Source of the DNA: Somniosus microcephalus
Taxonomy: Eukaryota
Direction: 5' to 3'
DNA length: 64,000 nucleotides
Assembly: GCA_052327205.1 (NCBI GenBank)
Contig: CM126225.1
Span: 6,510,001 to 6,574,000 of the forward strand
Part shown: piece by piece, positions 1 to 13,110 of the stretch
Position numbering within the stretch: position 1 is the stretch's first letter
Layout of the letters: each line of letters opens with the position of its first letter
Notes under the pieces: model-generated
What the model was told of the DNA's origin: nothing
Databases searched by the model: none
Seen by the model: the letters and a program-made list of their open reading frames with translations, nothing else
Program-made: the position numbers and the translations under genes

Positions 1-42
1 ACTTTTCATCATCACTAAAGCAAATCTAAGAACCGAGGCTGC

Positions 43-1213
43 ATGATAATGCTGAGTGCTGATCCACTAACACCTCATCATTGGAACTGACAAGTTGAAC
101 ATTTTGAAGACAAATTGCCCAAGTTACAGAGAACCTTCTTCTAAAGCCATCCACAGCCCCTTTTCTGGTTCTGGACGTGGTAACCCTGCCATTACCTTGT
201 ACAGGGCCAGCTGTGGCTCAGCTGTTAGCACTCTTGCCTCTGAATCAGAAGATTGTGGGTTCAAGTCTCATTCCAAAGACTTCAGTATGAAATTTAGGCT
301 GACGCTCCCAGTGCAGTACTAAGGGAGTGCTGCACTGTTGGAGGTTCTGTCTTTTGGCATGAGATATTAAACCAAGCTCCTGTCTGCTCTCTCATGTGGA
401 TGGGAAAGATCCCATGGCATTCTTTTAAAGAACAGTAGGGTTAACATTTATCTCGCAATTAACATCACTATACAACTTATCTGCACATTACCAGATTGCT
501 GTTTGTGGGTGCTTGCTGTGCACAAATCGGTTGCCGCGTTTCCTACATTACAACAGTGACTGCACTTCAAAAGTACTTTAGGACGTCCTGACGCCATGAA
601 TGGTGCTATGTAAATGCAAGTCTTTCTATTTACACCCCTGAACACCATGCAAGTGCCCTGCTCCCAATCCTTGGCCAATTTCGAGCTGACGGCTGACTGT
701 CCTAGTTACACGTAACTGAGAATACCCGCTCGTGGTATGGTGTTGCAGGAGCCCCCTGTGCTAGCTGCATTACAATCTTTAATTGTGTTGTCTACGCTCC
801 TCTATTTAAACATCCTTCCCACGCCTGGATTCAATAGCTGAAAATGAACGTCTGTTTACAATGTCAGGCAGCCTTATCACTGCGTAAGGAAATCTGTTTG
901 TGCTTCAGTTTTGAGCGAGTGCTGATGGCAGTAACAAGCTGAAGGGTGCGTGTATGCCAATAGCAAGGCTTTTCTTCACAAAGAAAAATGTTTGCCAATC
1001 TTTTTCTTTCTTCACCCCTCAGTTTTCTGCCCTTCCCTTCTCCTGAAGGTGCTGGACTGTAAGGGTCTCCTCACGTGCCAGGAGAACGTATCACATAATT
1101 TCATACATAATATATGATAATGCTGAGTGCTGATGCACTAATACCTCATCAATGGAACTGACAAGTTGAACATTTTGAAGAAAAATTGTCCAATTCACAG
1201 AGAACGTTCTTCT
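43..1213 (+). repeat. Dispersed 100-bp direct repeat (43-142 and 1114-1213)
   Basis: atgataatgctgagtgctgat...ttcttct occurs twice, ungapped, with about 10 substitutions. Confidence 0.85.
207..628 (+). mobile_element. tRNA-derived Deu-domain SINE (SacSINE1-like)
   Basis: A box TGGCTCAGCTG and B box GGTTCAAGTC; Deu-like core (gatcccatggca, gctgtttgtggg); tail aatgcaagtctttc. Homologous copies at 13568 and 17349. Confidence 0.8.
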
Positions 1214-1766
1214 GACGAACTCACCTGCACACTGCTACCAGATGACCCAGAAATGAGTCCAGAGATAAATTACACTTAAGTGGAGTGACGTGTACATCCC
1301 CTCTTCATGCTATCTCCTGCTCAGTCAGCACCCTTAAGTGTTCTCACACTCCTGACCCATGCAAGGCCCTCAGGTTCATGTGGATTAAAGTCTCGTCACA
1401 GCTCTTCAGACCATGGCACCAGCTGAGTTGTGTCTTGATAAAGTTGCAAGGGAGACAATCAAATACAATAACGTCAGGGGAGATTTGTCGCGCCCAGTCC
1501 GCAATCCCTTTTGGATGACATCATGTAATTGTGCTTTTCTGAGTCCCAATTCGGCTAATCTTTTCCTTTATTTTATTTTTCTTAGTTGGAGGGACTGACT
1601 CTTTCAGGGGTTCCATTTTATAGATCAGACAATCTTATGATACCTTGCCCGAAAGGCTTTCCTTCATTTGTGAGCCTAAACAATGAGTATGGCTGGGCTA
1701 TTTGGCAATGAGGAGCATCACCGCCAACAACAACAACAACTTGCTGTAAAGCGCCTTGGGGCATCC

Positions 1767-3030
1767 TTTTATTTTATTTGTTCCTGTGATGTGGGTGTCG
1801 CTGGCAATGCCAGCATTTATTGCCCATCCCTAGTTGCCTTTGAGAAGGTGGTGGTGAGCCACCTTCTCGAACCGCTGCAGTCCGTGTGGTGAAGGTACTC
1901 CCACAGTGCTGTTAGGGAGGGAGTTCCAGGATTTTGACCCAGCGACGATGAAGGATCGGCAATATACTTCTAAGTCAGGATGGTGTGTGACTTAGAGGGG
2001 AACTTTGAGGTGGTGGTGTTCCTATGCGCCTGCTGCCCTTGTCCTTCTAGGTGGAAGAAGTTGCGGGTTTGGGAGGTGCTGCCGAAGAAGCCTTGGCGAG
2101 TTGCTGCAGTGCACCTTGTAGATGGTACACACTGCAGCCACGGTATACCGGTGGTGGAGGGAGTGAATGTTTAAGGTGGTGGATGGGGTGCCAATCAAGC
2201 GGGCTGCTTTGTCCTGGATGGTGTCGAGCTTCTTGAGTGTTGTTGGAGCTGCACTCATCCAGGCAAGTGGAGAGCATTCAATCACACTCCTTACAGGAGT
2301 TGGATATATTTCTTAAGGCTAAAGGGATCAAGGGGTATGGGGAGAAAGCAGGGACCGGGTACTGAATTTGAATGATCAGCCATGATCACATTGAATGGCG
2401 GAGCAGGCTTGAGGGGCCGAATGGCATACTCCTGCTCCTATCTTCTATGTTTCTATGTTTACTCGTGCCTTGTAGATGGTGGAAAGGCTTTGGGGAGTCA
2501 GGAGGTGAGACACTCACCGCAGAATACCCAGCCTCTGACCTGCTCTTGTTGCCACAGTATTTATGTGGCTGGTCCAGTTAAGTTTCTGGTTGATGGTGAC
2601 CCCCAGGATGTTGTTGGTGGGGGAATTCAGCGATGGTAATGCCATTGAATGTCAAGGAGAGGTAGTTAGACTCTCGCTTGTTGGAGATAGTCATTGCCTG
2701 GCACTTCCATGGCGCGAATGTTACTTGCCACTTATCAGCCCAAGCATGAACGTTGTCCAGGTCTTGTTGCATGCGGGCACGGACTGCTTCATTATCTATG
2801 GAGTTGCGAATGGCGCTGAACACTGTGCAGTCATCAGCAAACATCCCCATTTCTAACCTTATGTTGGCGGGAAGGTCATTGATGAAGCAGCTGAAGATGG
2901 TTGGGCCTAGGACACTGCCCTGAGAAACTCCTGCAGCGATGTCCTGGGGCTGTGATGATTGACCTTTGACCACCACAACCGTCTTCCTTTGTGCTAGGTG
3001 TGACTCCAGCCAGTGGAGCATTTTCCCCCT
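1767..3030 (-). mobile_element. 5'-truncated CR1/L2-group LINE (RT C-terminal part and 3' tail)
   Basis: ORF 2578-3021 has QGSVLGP..FINDLP..MFADDC RT motifs; frameshifted continuation in 2022-2285; A-rich tail. Confidence 0.9.
2295..2460 (+). mobile_element. CR1 (HER1-like) 3' tail nested in the LINE above
   Basis: gaggggccgaatggc..actcctgctcct..(tctatgtt)n tail; 'ttac' at both junctions. Confidence 0.8.
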
Positions 3031-3882
3031 GAGGTTGTGAAGGGCGCTATATTATTGCAGGACCTTTTTTCCAACAATCGCTGTTTCGAGCTTTTGCATG
3101 CAAGTTTCCGAGTTCCAGATGTTGACGCTGTCTTCGATGAGCTCCACTGGCAGCAGGGACTCTGTGTACAGATATCTTGCACTGATATGGAGTCGGTGTC
3201 TGGGATGTCACCCAGAGGGCTATGCTGCCAGCCAGGGCTGGCTTTTTTTCTTTGTTTGTTTATACTAACAACAGATGAAGACACTTTTCACCATGTCCCA
3301 AAGGACTGTACACCAATTAAGCCTCTTGCGTTCTTCCATTTCAGGGTTGTCATTGGAAGAAAACTCTTGAATTTGAGATTTTTCTATAAAGTGCAAGCAT
3401 CATTTAAGGAACAGTACTGGATTAACTCTCTCCCCTCCTTCCCTAATCGTATTGGCTCTCACAGAGGCACAGTTCCACGAGCAGCAGCAGCCCTTAGTTC
3501 CATCCGAGCTGCCAATCTTCATTAGCGAGCTTGGACAGTGATTGCCAGTGGGCTGTTCAACATAGAGGCATCACCAGTAGCCCCAATCTCGTTCCTACAC
3601 AGATATTGCCCAGCTGAAATTAGCAGATAATGTCTTAATCCTCCCTTCCCTGTCTCCCAGAGACTGCAAGACTTCGTATTCACCACCTCAACTGAGATCA
3701 GCTAGCTCGGCATCGACAGGGAGTTGAAGCTGGGACCTGCTGTCTCTTGGGTTGACTCAGTGCTACACCAGCTAGTCCCTTCACTCATTGAGTCACTGGA
3801 TCAGTTAACGCTGAGTTATACTAGCAGCTATGTGTCAATTTCTAGTTGAACAAAGTGGATTTCTGTGCAATAACAGACATTA

Positions 3883-4713
3883 TGGCCGGAATTTTAATTT
3901 GGAGGCGGGGAGGGAGCGGGGGGCGTGAGGGCTGCAATGCGGTCAGGAACCCCGGGAGAACCGGGTTCCCGCAGGCCCTGCCGAATGTAATGTCAGGGCC
4001 TGATTAACATTTTGAATCACTGCCAGATGGAGAGGCTGGCTGGCTGTTGGGCGGGTAGGCCAGGGGCACCAGGCTGCAGAGAGGAGGGAGGGAGGGTTCG
4101 GGGTAGGGGGTGCTGGGGTGGGATGGGATCGGGGGAGGATCGGGGCCAGAGGTGGATAGAGGGCCAGAGGGGGGAGGTTGGAAGGTCGTTGGGGTGATCG
4201 GGGGCTGGGGGGGAGGGGAAGTTGGAAGGCTGTAGGTGGGTGGGGCTTGGGGGCCGGAGTGAGGATCGGGGGCCGGGGGCCAAGGACCGAAGGCCTGGAG
4301 TGGGGATTAGAGATCGGATGCCTTGGGGGGAAGTCGGGGGGGGTGGGATTGGAAGGGTCGGGGGGTGTCTGATCATGGGGACTTGGTGAGGCAGAGACGC
4401 TGGATCCAGCAGGTCAGTGGAAAGGCACTTAGCTCCTGGATCCAGTAGTCCTCGCCTCCCTTTAGCTGACAGCTGATCACCATGAGCTTAATTATGATAT
4501 TTAACATGCCAACCTCCCTCCTGGCAGTGGGTTGGCTGCCCACCACCGCCCCTCCCCACCCCACGCTCCGTCCCACCCTCCCCACCCCACGCTCCGTCGT
4601 GCCTCCATTAAAACCGGAATTGAGCAGGTTGGGGTCGGGATTCAAATTTTTAACTCTTTAACCACCCACCTGACCCCAACCCACCTATTTTTGGAGGGTT
4701 TAAAACTCCCCCC
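3883..4713. mobile_element. Possible non-autonomous DNA element with a G-rich interior
   Basis: GC-rich block with loosely inverted ends (ggccggaattttaa... / ...ttaaaactcccc); G-run arm then C-run arm. Confidence 0.4.
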
Positions 4714-5259
4714 TGTGACTGGTGTTCAAATTTGTTCCATTTTTTGCCTCAATTTTCTTTCCTGTTTTCCTGGAGACACTGAACCTTGCTGGGATACAGC
4801 TCCCTGGGCACTGGCTGCATTGGGTACCTCAGCCAATATGTGTGAGCCTCGACAGTAAGTATCAGCGAGCTGTTCAGCAATGGTGTGCATCACATCTGAG
4901 CTCAATCCAGGCAGCAGGAACTGAGATGGGAGCTGAATTGGCTGTTTTGGGGTCAGAATTTGCTGTCAAAATAACAGTGAGGCTAATGGCATCGCTGTTA
5001 ATTATGTGCAAATGGTACAGCAACTTCAGGCAAGGGGCAGATGCGTAGTTAAACTCAAAAATCCAAAATTTGCTGTCCCAGTCATTCCAATGTTAGCATC
5101 GCAAAAAATGGCATCTCGCTGTCTGGCTCCCCATTGAAATGCATTGAACAGCGTGAAGTTGCTGGATTTGTGCAGCAGCTACGAACTAAACTCGCCACAG
5201 GAAGTTAAACCTTGTCCATTTCAGGCTGAGCACCCTTTTAACAACATGTGTTAATTACT

Positions 5260-5397
5260 ACAAAAGCAAAATACTGCGGATGCTGGAAATCTGAAATAAA
5301 AGCAGAAAATGCTGGAAATACTCAGCAGGTCAGGCAGCATCTGTGGAGAGAGAAACAGAGTTAACGTTTCAGGTTGATGACCCTTCGTCAGAACTGG
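5260..5397. mobile_element. Abundant short elasmobranch repeat (probably a Penelope-like terminus)
   Basis: gatgctggaaatctgaaataaaagcagaaaatgctgg..., flanked by 'attact'. Related copies at about 9262-9360 and 13125-13205 (opposite strand). Confidence 0.6.
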
Positions 5398-5812
5398 ATT
5401 ACTGCTAGTCAACCTCTCTGGCTCTGAAAATTAACTATTACAAGCGTGGAGTCTCATTCCCTCAGGTTTTAATTGTTCGAGGTTTTTAAAATGTAAATTT
5501 TAAAGTAAATTTTTTTCACTTGTATTTTCTTGTCTCTTTTTTTCTCTCTCTCTTAATCCAATCTTTCTTACCCGCTCTTTCTGTACCTGATTTGACATTG
5601 AATTCACCCTCTCTAATTTACATTTCCTTCTCAGTCCTTGTGGTGGTCATTTCACAATCCTTCAATTTGATTGGTTAAGGAGATGCCCTGTTCACTCAGG
5701 TCCCAGATGCCCGGTTTCCCCTCGCTGCACCCTTATCAGCTCGCACTTTCAGCCACTTTCCACGCAAAAAATTTCAAAACCTAAATGTGCAAGGGAAAGT
5801 CTAACTAGCGGC

Positions 5813-6192
5813 AACAAAAACAACTTGTATTTCTATAGCGTCTTTAACATGGGAAAAACGTCCCAAGGCGCTTCACAGGATCATTAACAAACAAAATTTG
5901 ACACTGAGCCACACAAGGAGATATTAGGACAGGTGACCAAAAGCTTGGTCAAAGAGGCAGGTTTTAAGGAGCGTTTTAAAGGAGGAAAGAGAGGCGGAGA
6001 GGTTTAGGGAGGGAATTCCAGAGCTTCGGGCCCAGGCAGCTGAAGGCACGGCCACCGATGGTGGAGCAATTAAAATCGGGGTTAGTCAAGAGGCCAGAAT
6101 TGGAGGAGCGCAGAGATCTCAGCGGGTTTTAGGGCTGGAGGAGGTTACAGAGATAGGGAGGGATAGGATGAGGCCGTGGAGGGATTTGAAAA
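5813..6192 (-). mobile_element. L2 LINE 3' end
   Basis: Reverse complement matches the 12770-13090 L2 tail; 'cggca' at both junctions. Confidence 0.75.
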
Positions 6193-6640
6193 CGGCAGAC
6201 GCCATTCGATTCCCTGCTACAGCAAAATTATGGCCCATCATAATATAATGACAAAGTCCACATCAGAAAATAACACAGGCTGAATTAGCAGTTGGGGCAG
6301 AGATGGGAGCACTACACTTGTCCCGTCCAGTGAAATATCCACTCATGATCGCTATCTAGTAACCCCAGCTGGAACTTTATTTTGTGGACGTTATGTAAAA
6401 ATATAATCATCTAAGGTGTTATTTACTGCCATGGCTTGTACCTGAATGCAGGTGGTGTCTATGCAACTGTACCACTTGCCTAAATCCCCACCTTCAGGAG
6501 AAAAAGGAAGAAATTGCAGAGGCCAACCCCCATATATATATTTCTACCCTCTCTACTTGTAAAACAATCATTCTTAAGCTTTAACAATCATTTTTGCTTG
6601 GTCCTTCCTGGGGACTTTTTCCCCCTTCAAAGGGAGCAGT

Positions 6641-7992
6641 ATGGTAGCCTAGTTGGTGTGGTACTGGACTAGCAATCTGTAGAAGTTGTGAATTCAAAAT
6701 CTACCAGGGTAAGTTGGGGCATTAAATTTATTCATCTATTGATTTTTTTTCCATGAAAGCTGCTGGATTGTCCTAAAAACCCAACTGGTTCACTAATATC
6801 ATAAAATCCTAGCATCGTATTGCACAGAAGGAGGCCATTCAGCCCATCGTGCCTATGCCGGCACTTTGAAAGAGCTCTCCAATTAGTTCCACTCCCCTGC
6901 TCGTTCCCCATAGCCCTGCAATTTTTCCCCGTCAAGTATTTATCCAATTCCCTTTTGAAAGTTACTATTGAATCTGCTTCCACCGCCCTTTCAGGCAGCG
7001 CATTCCAGATCACAACAACTCGCTGCGTAAAAACAAATTCTCCCCATCTCCCCTCTGATTCTTTTGCCAATTGCCTTAAATCCGTGCCCTCTGGTTACCG
7101 ATCCACCTGCCAGTGGAAACAGTTTCTCCTTATTTACTCTATCAAAACATCTCATAATTTTTGGAACACCGCTATTAAATCTCCCCTTAACATTCTCTGT
7201 TCTAAAGAGAACAATCCCAGTTTCTCGAGTCTCTCCATATAACGGAAGTCCCTCATCCCTGGTACTACTCTAGTAAATCTCCTCTGCACCCTCTCCAAGG
7301 CCTTGACATCCTTCCTAAAGTGTGGTGCCCAGAATTGGACACAATACTCCAGCTGGGGTTATAAGAACATAAGATATAGGAGCAGGAGTCGGCCATTCGG
7401 CCCCTCGAGCCTGCTCCGCCATTCGATAAGATAATGGCTGATCTGATCTTGGCTTCAACTCCACTTCCCTGCCCGCTCCCCATAACCCTTGACTTCCTTA
7501 TTGTTCAAAAATCAGTCTATCTCCACCTTAAATATATTCAATGACCCAGCCTCCACAGCTCTCTGGGGCAGAGAATTCCAAAGATTCACAACCCTCTGAG
7601 AGAAGAAATTCCTCCTCATTTCCGTTTTAAATAGGCGACCCCTTATTCTGAAACTATGCCCCCTAGTTCTAGATTCCCCCACGAGGGGAAACATCCTCTC
7701 TGCATCTACCCTGTCAAGCCCCCTCAGAATCTTTTATGTTCTAATTAGATCACCTCTCATTCTTCTAAACTCCAATGAGTATAGATCCAACCTGCTCAAC
7801 CTTTCTTCATAACAAGTGATTTATAAAGATTTAGCATAACTTCCTTGCTTTTGTACTCTGCGCCTTTATCCCTTCAGGGAAGGGAATTTGCCACCTCTAC
7901 CCAGTCTGGCCTATAGGTGATGCATGGTCGATTCTTAATGCCCTCAGGGGAATAAATGCGGCCTTGCTAGCATCAACCATGTCTCAAGAACA
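6641..7992 (+). mobile_element. tRNA-derived SINE split by nested CR1 fragments (6641-6797 and 7868-7992)
   Basis: tRNA-like head; body resumes after the insert with 'tatc' duplicated; tail aataaatgcggccttgc shared with the LINE at 1767. Confidence 0.6.
6798..7865 (-). mobile_element. CR1 (HER1-like) LINE 3' fragment, itself interrupted by a second CR1 fragment at about 7359-7812
   Basis: FTQRVVVIWNALP and FPLVGESRTRGH..FFSQRVVNLWNSLP CR1 C-terminal motifs; two separate 3' tails. Confidence 0.85.
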
Positions 7993-8970
7993 AATATATC
8001 TGCCTTAAAAAAAAGGTTTTCCGCAGTTAAACCAAGAGTGTAGAGTTATTCTGCTTCAGACCCTATCGGAGGCGATCGTGTCACTGTGTCCTGTCTGTTG
8101 GAGTTCCTCAGCAGGCAGGTTCTCTCTCGACGCACAGGGATGACGATGACACTGTTCTGGAGCGCCTGTCATCCTGTCCACTGCCCCCCTCGAGAAAGCG
8201 CAGTCACTCACGAGATATCTCGTCTGTTGACTGTTCAGATGATCCTCCGTGTGTTGTGGAAGGGAGACGGAGTGCACTATCGAGTGCTCTGCCTGCCTGG
8301 CATCTCTCTCTTGTCACTTTGGCAAGCCTGTGGGAAGAAGCTAAGAATATGGAAAGGATTTTTCCACCTCCTATAAGCTTAAAGCATTAGAGATTCGATA
8401 TCATGGTTTGTGGGAAATGTAAACACTGTTTTAAATCTCAAATATTTTCTTCCTTCAGTTTCAACAGAAGCTGTTATAATAAGATTTTTCATGGTGGAGT
8501 ACATTTTAATTCTTACTGTGTCTCTCAGATTTAGAGTAAAATTGCAATAATTTTATCAAAATACCTGGTCTGATTGATTGTTGCTTAGTGGGCAATATTG
8601 TAACTTACATTACTCTAATTTTGTAGTAAAAATGAATTGAATTTGCACTGTGCATTATCAGTTACAAATGTACTAACACGTCATATGAAATTCCTCTGTC
8701 TGACGTTCTAATCAAGACATTAACCAATTTAAAATAAACACACTAATGCCTTCATTTAAAGGGCAGTCGAAGGAATTTCATACAAGTGCATTCCATTTAT
8801 TACTAATATTAAAAAGCACAATTCCAACCCCTTGGAAAGTAATGACAGCTCAGCTGGTAAATGCATGGTGTGGTACAGAGCAGGGATAGTGCCAGGTTCA
8901 ATTCCTGGCCTGTGCAGAGTTAGTGTGATCTCTGCTGGCCTGAATTTGGGGTGCTAAAATTGACCACAGT

Positions 8971-9219
8971 GGGTCTAAATATTGATGCGATATTGAATTT
9001 TCTGCCTGATCTAATGGGCGTAATTTTGACTCAGCGTGATAGTGTAAAATGGGCGATATTGATTCAGCCGCCTGTTACATGTCTCTCCACATTTTCACAT
9101 CCATGATCTTGAATAGAAAATAAAATCAGGAGCGATGTATCGCCCATTTTACATTATCACACAAAGTTATGCCCAGTAGATCATGCAGAAAACCCAATAT
9201 TGCATCAATGTTTAAACTC
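8971..9219. mobile_element. Nested short foldback (MITE-like) elements
   Basis: Inverted pairs 8971-9013/9176-9219 and 9016-9060/9133-9174; a further arm at 9790-9855. Confidence 0.55.
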
Positions 9220-9224
9220 ACGTG

Positions 9225-9790
9225 GATCAGAAATTACGAGGAGAGATTACACAAATTGGGAATAACAACAGAAAATGCTGGAAAAACTCAGCAGGCCAGG
9301 CAACATCCGTGGAGAGAAAATAGAGTCAACGTTTCAGCTCAACCCTTTGTCAAGACTAAAGAAGCACAGGAAATGAAATAGATTACACAAATTAGGGTTG
9401 TATTCCCTGGAATTTAGAAGGTTAAGGGGTGATCTGATCGAAGTTTTCAGGATATTAAGGGGAACGGATAGGGTAGATAGAGAGAAACTATTTCCGCTGG
9501 TTGGGGATTCTAGGACTAGGGGGGCATCGTCTAAAAATTTGAGCCACAAAGGGTGGTAGAAGTTTGGAACTCTCTTCCGCAAACAGAAATTGATGCTAGA
9601 TCAATTGTTAATTTTAAATCTGGGATTGATAGATTTTTGTTAACCAAAGGTACTAAGGGCTATGGGCCAAAGGCAGGTATATGGAGTTAGGTCACAGATC
9701 AACCATGATCTCGTTGAATGGCGGAACAGGCTCGAGGGGCTGAATGGCCTCCTCCTGTTCCTATGTTCCTGCGTTCCTACGTTCCTATGT
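9225..9790 (+). mobile_element. CR1 3' fragment with a short nested insertion
   Basis: NYEERLHKLG / REKLFPLVG motifs and (gttcctat)n tail. Insert flanked by a 14-bp duplication, agattacacaaatt (9244-9257, 9380-9393). Confidence 0.8.
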
Positions 9791-11385
9791 ATAACAGGCG
9801 GCTGTATCAATATCGTCTGCTTTACACTATCATGCAAAGGCAGTATTACCCCCCACTAACTCTAGATGATATCAGTTCTCATGTTATGTCTGGTGTGTTC
9901 AGCCTAGCAGAGTAACTCAGAGAGTAGCTGGAAGTCCAGAGGTGGTGAGTTACTATGAGTTTTTGAGATGGTGTGGGTCAGAAAACAGATGTGCATTTTT
10001 TTGTGCAGTGGTGGAAACTTAGTACTGAAAAGGTTAAATGATTCGTACACAATTCTGTGATGGCCCTGTTGGTTAAATCCTCTTTCCAGCATGGAACTGA
10101 GTCATGTAGATAACCAAGGTCCCACATCTGATCCCCAGTCTATGTTGATTAATCTGATCTGCGAGGAAAAATCAGCTCCTGCTCCTGATCAATATTCAGT
10201 GGCTCCCACTAAAAGTGTGTTGGGTGAGGACAGAATGTGGCTCAGCTGTGATGCTGCACATGGTTGAATTTCTGCCAGGACTCGTTCCATCAGGCTCATA
10301 CACAGAGAATGGCCACTTGGCCAAAGCACTAGAAAGTAACTGGTATCAGTGGAACTGAACCCCGAGCAGAGTCAGAGGCGGTTAGAAAATTGCAGGGGCA
10401 AAAATAAGGAAATAAACCTGCTCTGCTACATTTGTTCACTAAAATAAATATTCTGTCATAACTTTACAGAATGGAAAAGAAAGTTAAACTGCAAACTGCA
10501 CTGTGTCAAAATCTTTAATAATAGCCAAGTGTCAAATTGGTAGCACGCTCGCCTCTGAGTGAGAAGGTTATGGATTCAACACCATTCCAAGATTGTGTAT
10601 GCAATCTAGGCTGACACTCTCGTGCAGTTCCCTAGAAGTGGTAGGTTTTAGAAGTTGTCTCCTTTAAGATGAATGTTTAAACTCTTAAAATAGCCCCGGC
10701 CTGATTTCGGGAGCAGCAGATGCGTTTCCAAATCACTTCGCTGCCCACTCACTCGAAACCTGCCCGGAGGAGATAAAATCCAGGCCAATATCTTAAGGTG
10801 GTTTAGCTTCATCCAGAGGCAATAGCCTCGGCTCATTTACATTGCTGGCACTAGTGTTATACATAGCTTAGAAAACAAATACTTTTTCTTCACCCCTAAG
10901 GCAAAAAATATGGTTCTTTGGCACAGGTAGTTTTACACCTACGTCAGTCAGACAAGCAGACCATACATAAACAAATCTAATATGACAAATTCTTGTTTCG
11001 ACTACAGAAAGAAGCAGAAAAGGAAGAGTGTTCTTTCAAACCACGTTAGTTTGCATACGCTTTGAAATTTAAATGCACTGAGTGCTTGGTGTGGATTTCT
11101 TGCTCTGGCTCCAGATTAGATAAAGAAAAAAAAGCATATGTCCTAGTATCACTTTTACACTGGTCTCTGATATACCAGTGAAATTATCTGGCTGGTACAA
11201 ATGCAAAGGGGTTTTGCTTTCATGTTCACACAAGCCATATAATATATAGTGTAACTCAGACATGAGTTTAGGCAAGCAGTGTGAGGCTACATTACAGCAG
11301 TGACTACACTTCAGGAAGTATTTCATTGGCTGTAAAACACGCTGGGATGTCCCAAGGCCATGAAAAGCACTATAGAAATGAACAT

Positions 11386-11476
11386 TCTTTCTTTTTCTTC
11401 TTTCCTTTCTTTCTTTCCTTTCCTTCTTTCTTTCTTTCCTTTCTTTCTTTCTTTTTCTTTTCCTTCATTCTTTCTT
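11386..11476 (+). repeat. (TTTC)n microsatellite grown from a SINE tail
   Basis: Follows a Deu-SINE 3' remnant at about 11280-11385. Confidence 0.85.
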
Positions 11477-12029
11477 GAGTTTGGGTGAGGACATGATAGG
11501 AGTTGGCGGTGATACCTTCTATTGTCAAATAGCCTGCTGGCACTCATTGCCTAGTCTCCCACATGAAGAACAGCCACTTGGGTAAGCTTCTGAAGGGTGC
11601 ATGATGCCTGTAGAACCATAATCCAGCACCTTAGGAGAGGAGGGAACAAAGCTGGCAAATAAAAAAGTTTCAATGGAAAAAAAAAGACACCGACATCCAG
11701 ATGCTAGTTTTCAGACTATACAGCATGGAGATTAGAGCCGAGATGCAATGGCCTGATTCTAATGCCTGCCATTTATCTCCCTAAAGGAAAATGCTGGCAT
11801 ATGCTGTCAGACTTGCAATCTGATCCCTGTCCAATGCATGCACTAGTTCAAAGAAAATGTGAACTATAAACAGTGCTGGGTTGATTAGTGTAAATTCCAT
11901 TCAATATAATCTGAATTTCAAACAATTGGTTGTGTAAAAGGGAGTAATAGATAATTGTTTATGACACATACAAGCCTGACATCAACTAACATATTGGGAC
12001 TTATCATAACTCCAGCTAATCACAGGCTA

Positions 12030-12250
12030 AAAGAAAGAACTTGCATCTATATAGCACTTTATCAGTCTCAACGTGCTTCACAAGCAATTAATTCCTTTTG
12101 AAGTGCAGTCATTCTTGCTGTGTGCGCAAACACAATAGCCAATTTGCACACAGCAAGGCCCCAGAAAGCACACTGACACGAATGACCAGTAAATATGTTT
12201 CTGGTGTTAGTTGAGGGAGGAATGTTGGCCGGAACATTGGGAGAACTGTC
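12030..12250 (-). mobile_element. Degenerate Deu-SINE 3' half
   Basis: Reverse complement resembles 15600-15829. Confidence 0.55.
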
Positions 12251-12315
12251 AGGATCTGTGGTGAGAACAAGTAAGTTAACATTTCATGTGTAGAACCTTC
12301 ATCGGAGCTCAGAGG

Positions 12316-13110
12316 CTAATTAAATTTTGAGAAGAGTGAAGCCATTGTTTTTGGTCCCCGCCACAAACTCCGTTCCCTAGCCACCGACTCCATCCCTCTC
12401 CCTGGCAACTGTCTGAGGCTAAACCAGACTCTTCGCAACCTTGGTGTCATATTTGACTCTGAGCTGAGCTTCCGGCCACATATCCTCTCCATCACCAAGA
12501 TTACCTACTTCCACCTCTGTAACATTGCCCATCTCCACCCTTGCCTCAGCTCATCTGCTGCTGAAAAGCTCATCCATGCCTTTGTTACCTCTAAACTTGA
12601 TTATTCCAATTCTCTCCTGGTCGGCCTCTCACCTTGTATCCTCTGTAAACTTGAGCTCATCCAAAACTCTGCTGCCATATGTTAACCCACGCCAAGCCCC
12701 ATGCACCCATTCCCCCTGTGCTCGCTGAGCTACATTTGCTCCTGGTCCAACAATGTCTCAATTTAAAAATTCTCATCCTTGTTTTCAAATCTATCCATAG
12801 CCTTGCCCCGCCGAGATCTCTGCTCTCCTCCAATTCTGGTCTCTTATGCATCCCCAATTTTCATCGCTCCACCTTTGGCAGCTGTGCCTTCAGCTGCCTA
12901 CACCCTATGCTCTGCAATTCCCTCCCTAAACCTCTCTACCTCACTCTCCTTTAAGCCGCTCCTTAAAACCTATCTCTTTGAGCAAGCTTTTGGTCACCTG
13001 TCCTGATATTTCCTTAAGTGGCTCAGTGTCAAATTTTGTTTGATAATCGTTCCTGTGAAGCGCCTTGGGACATTTTACTATGTTAAAGGCACTGTTGTCA
13101 TTGTTATTGT
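12316..13110 (+). mobile_element. L2 LINE 3' fragment
   Basis: Reads RNLGVIFDSELSF..LIHAFVTSKLDYSNSLL..LIQNSAA, typical of the L2 ORF2 C-terminus; L2 tail gtgaagcgccttggga. Confidence 0.85.

Larger units (their letters stand above)
4949..6237. mobile_element. MITE-like element carrying two nested insertions
   Basis: Inverted ends gggtcagaatttgctgt / acagcaaaattatggccc. Confidence 0.5.

Noticed and set aside
207-290. tRNA gene
   Set aside because: The A/B boxes continue into a SINE body; no cloverleaf or terminator.
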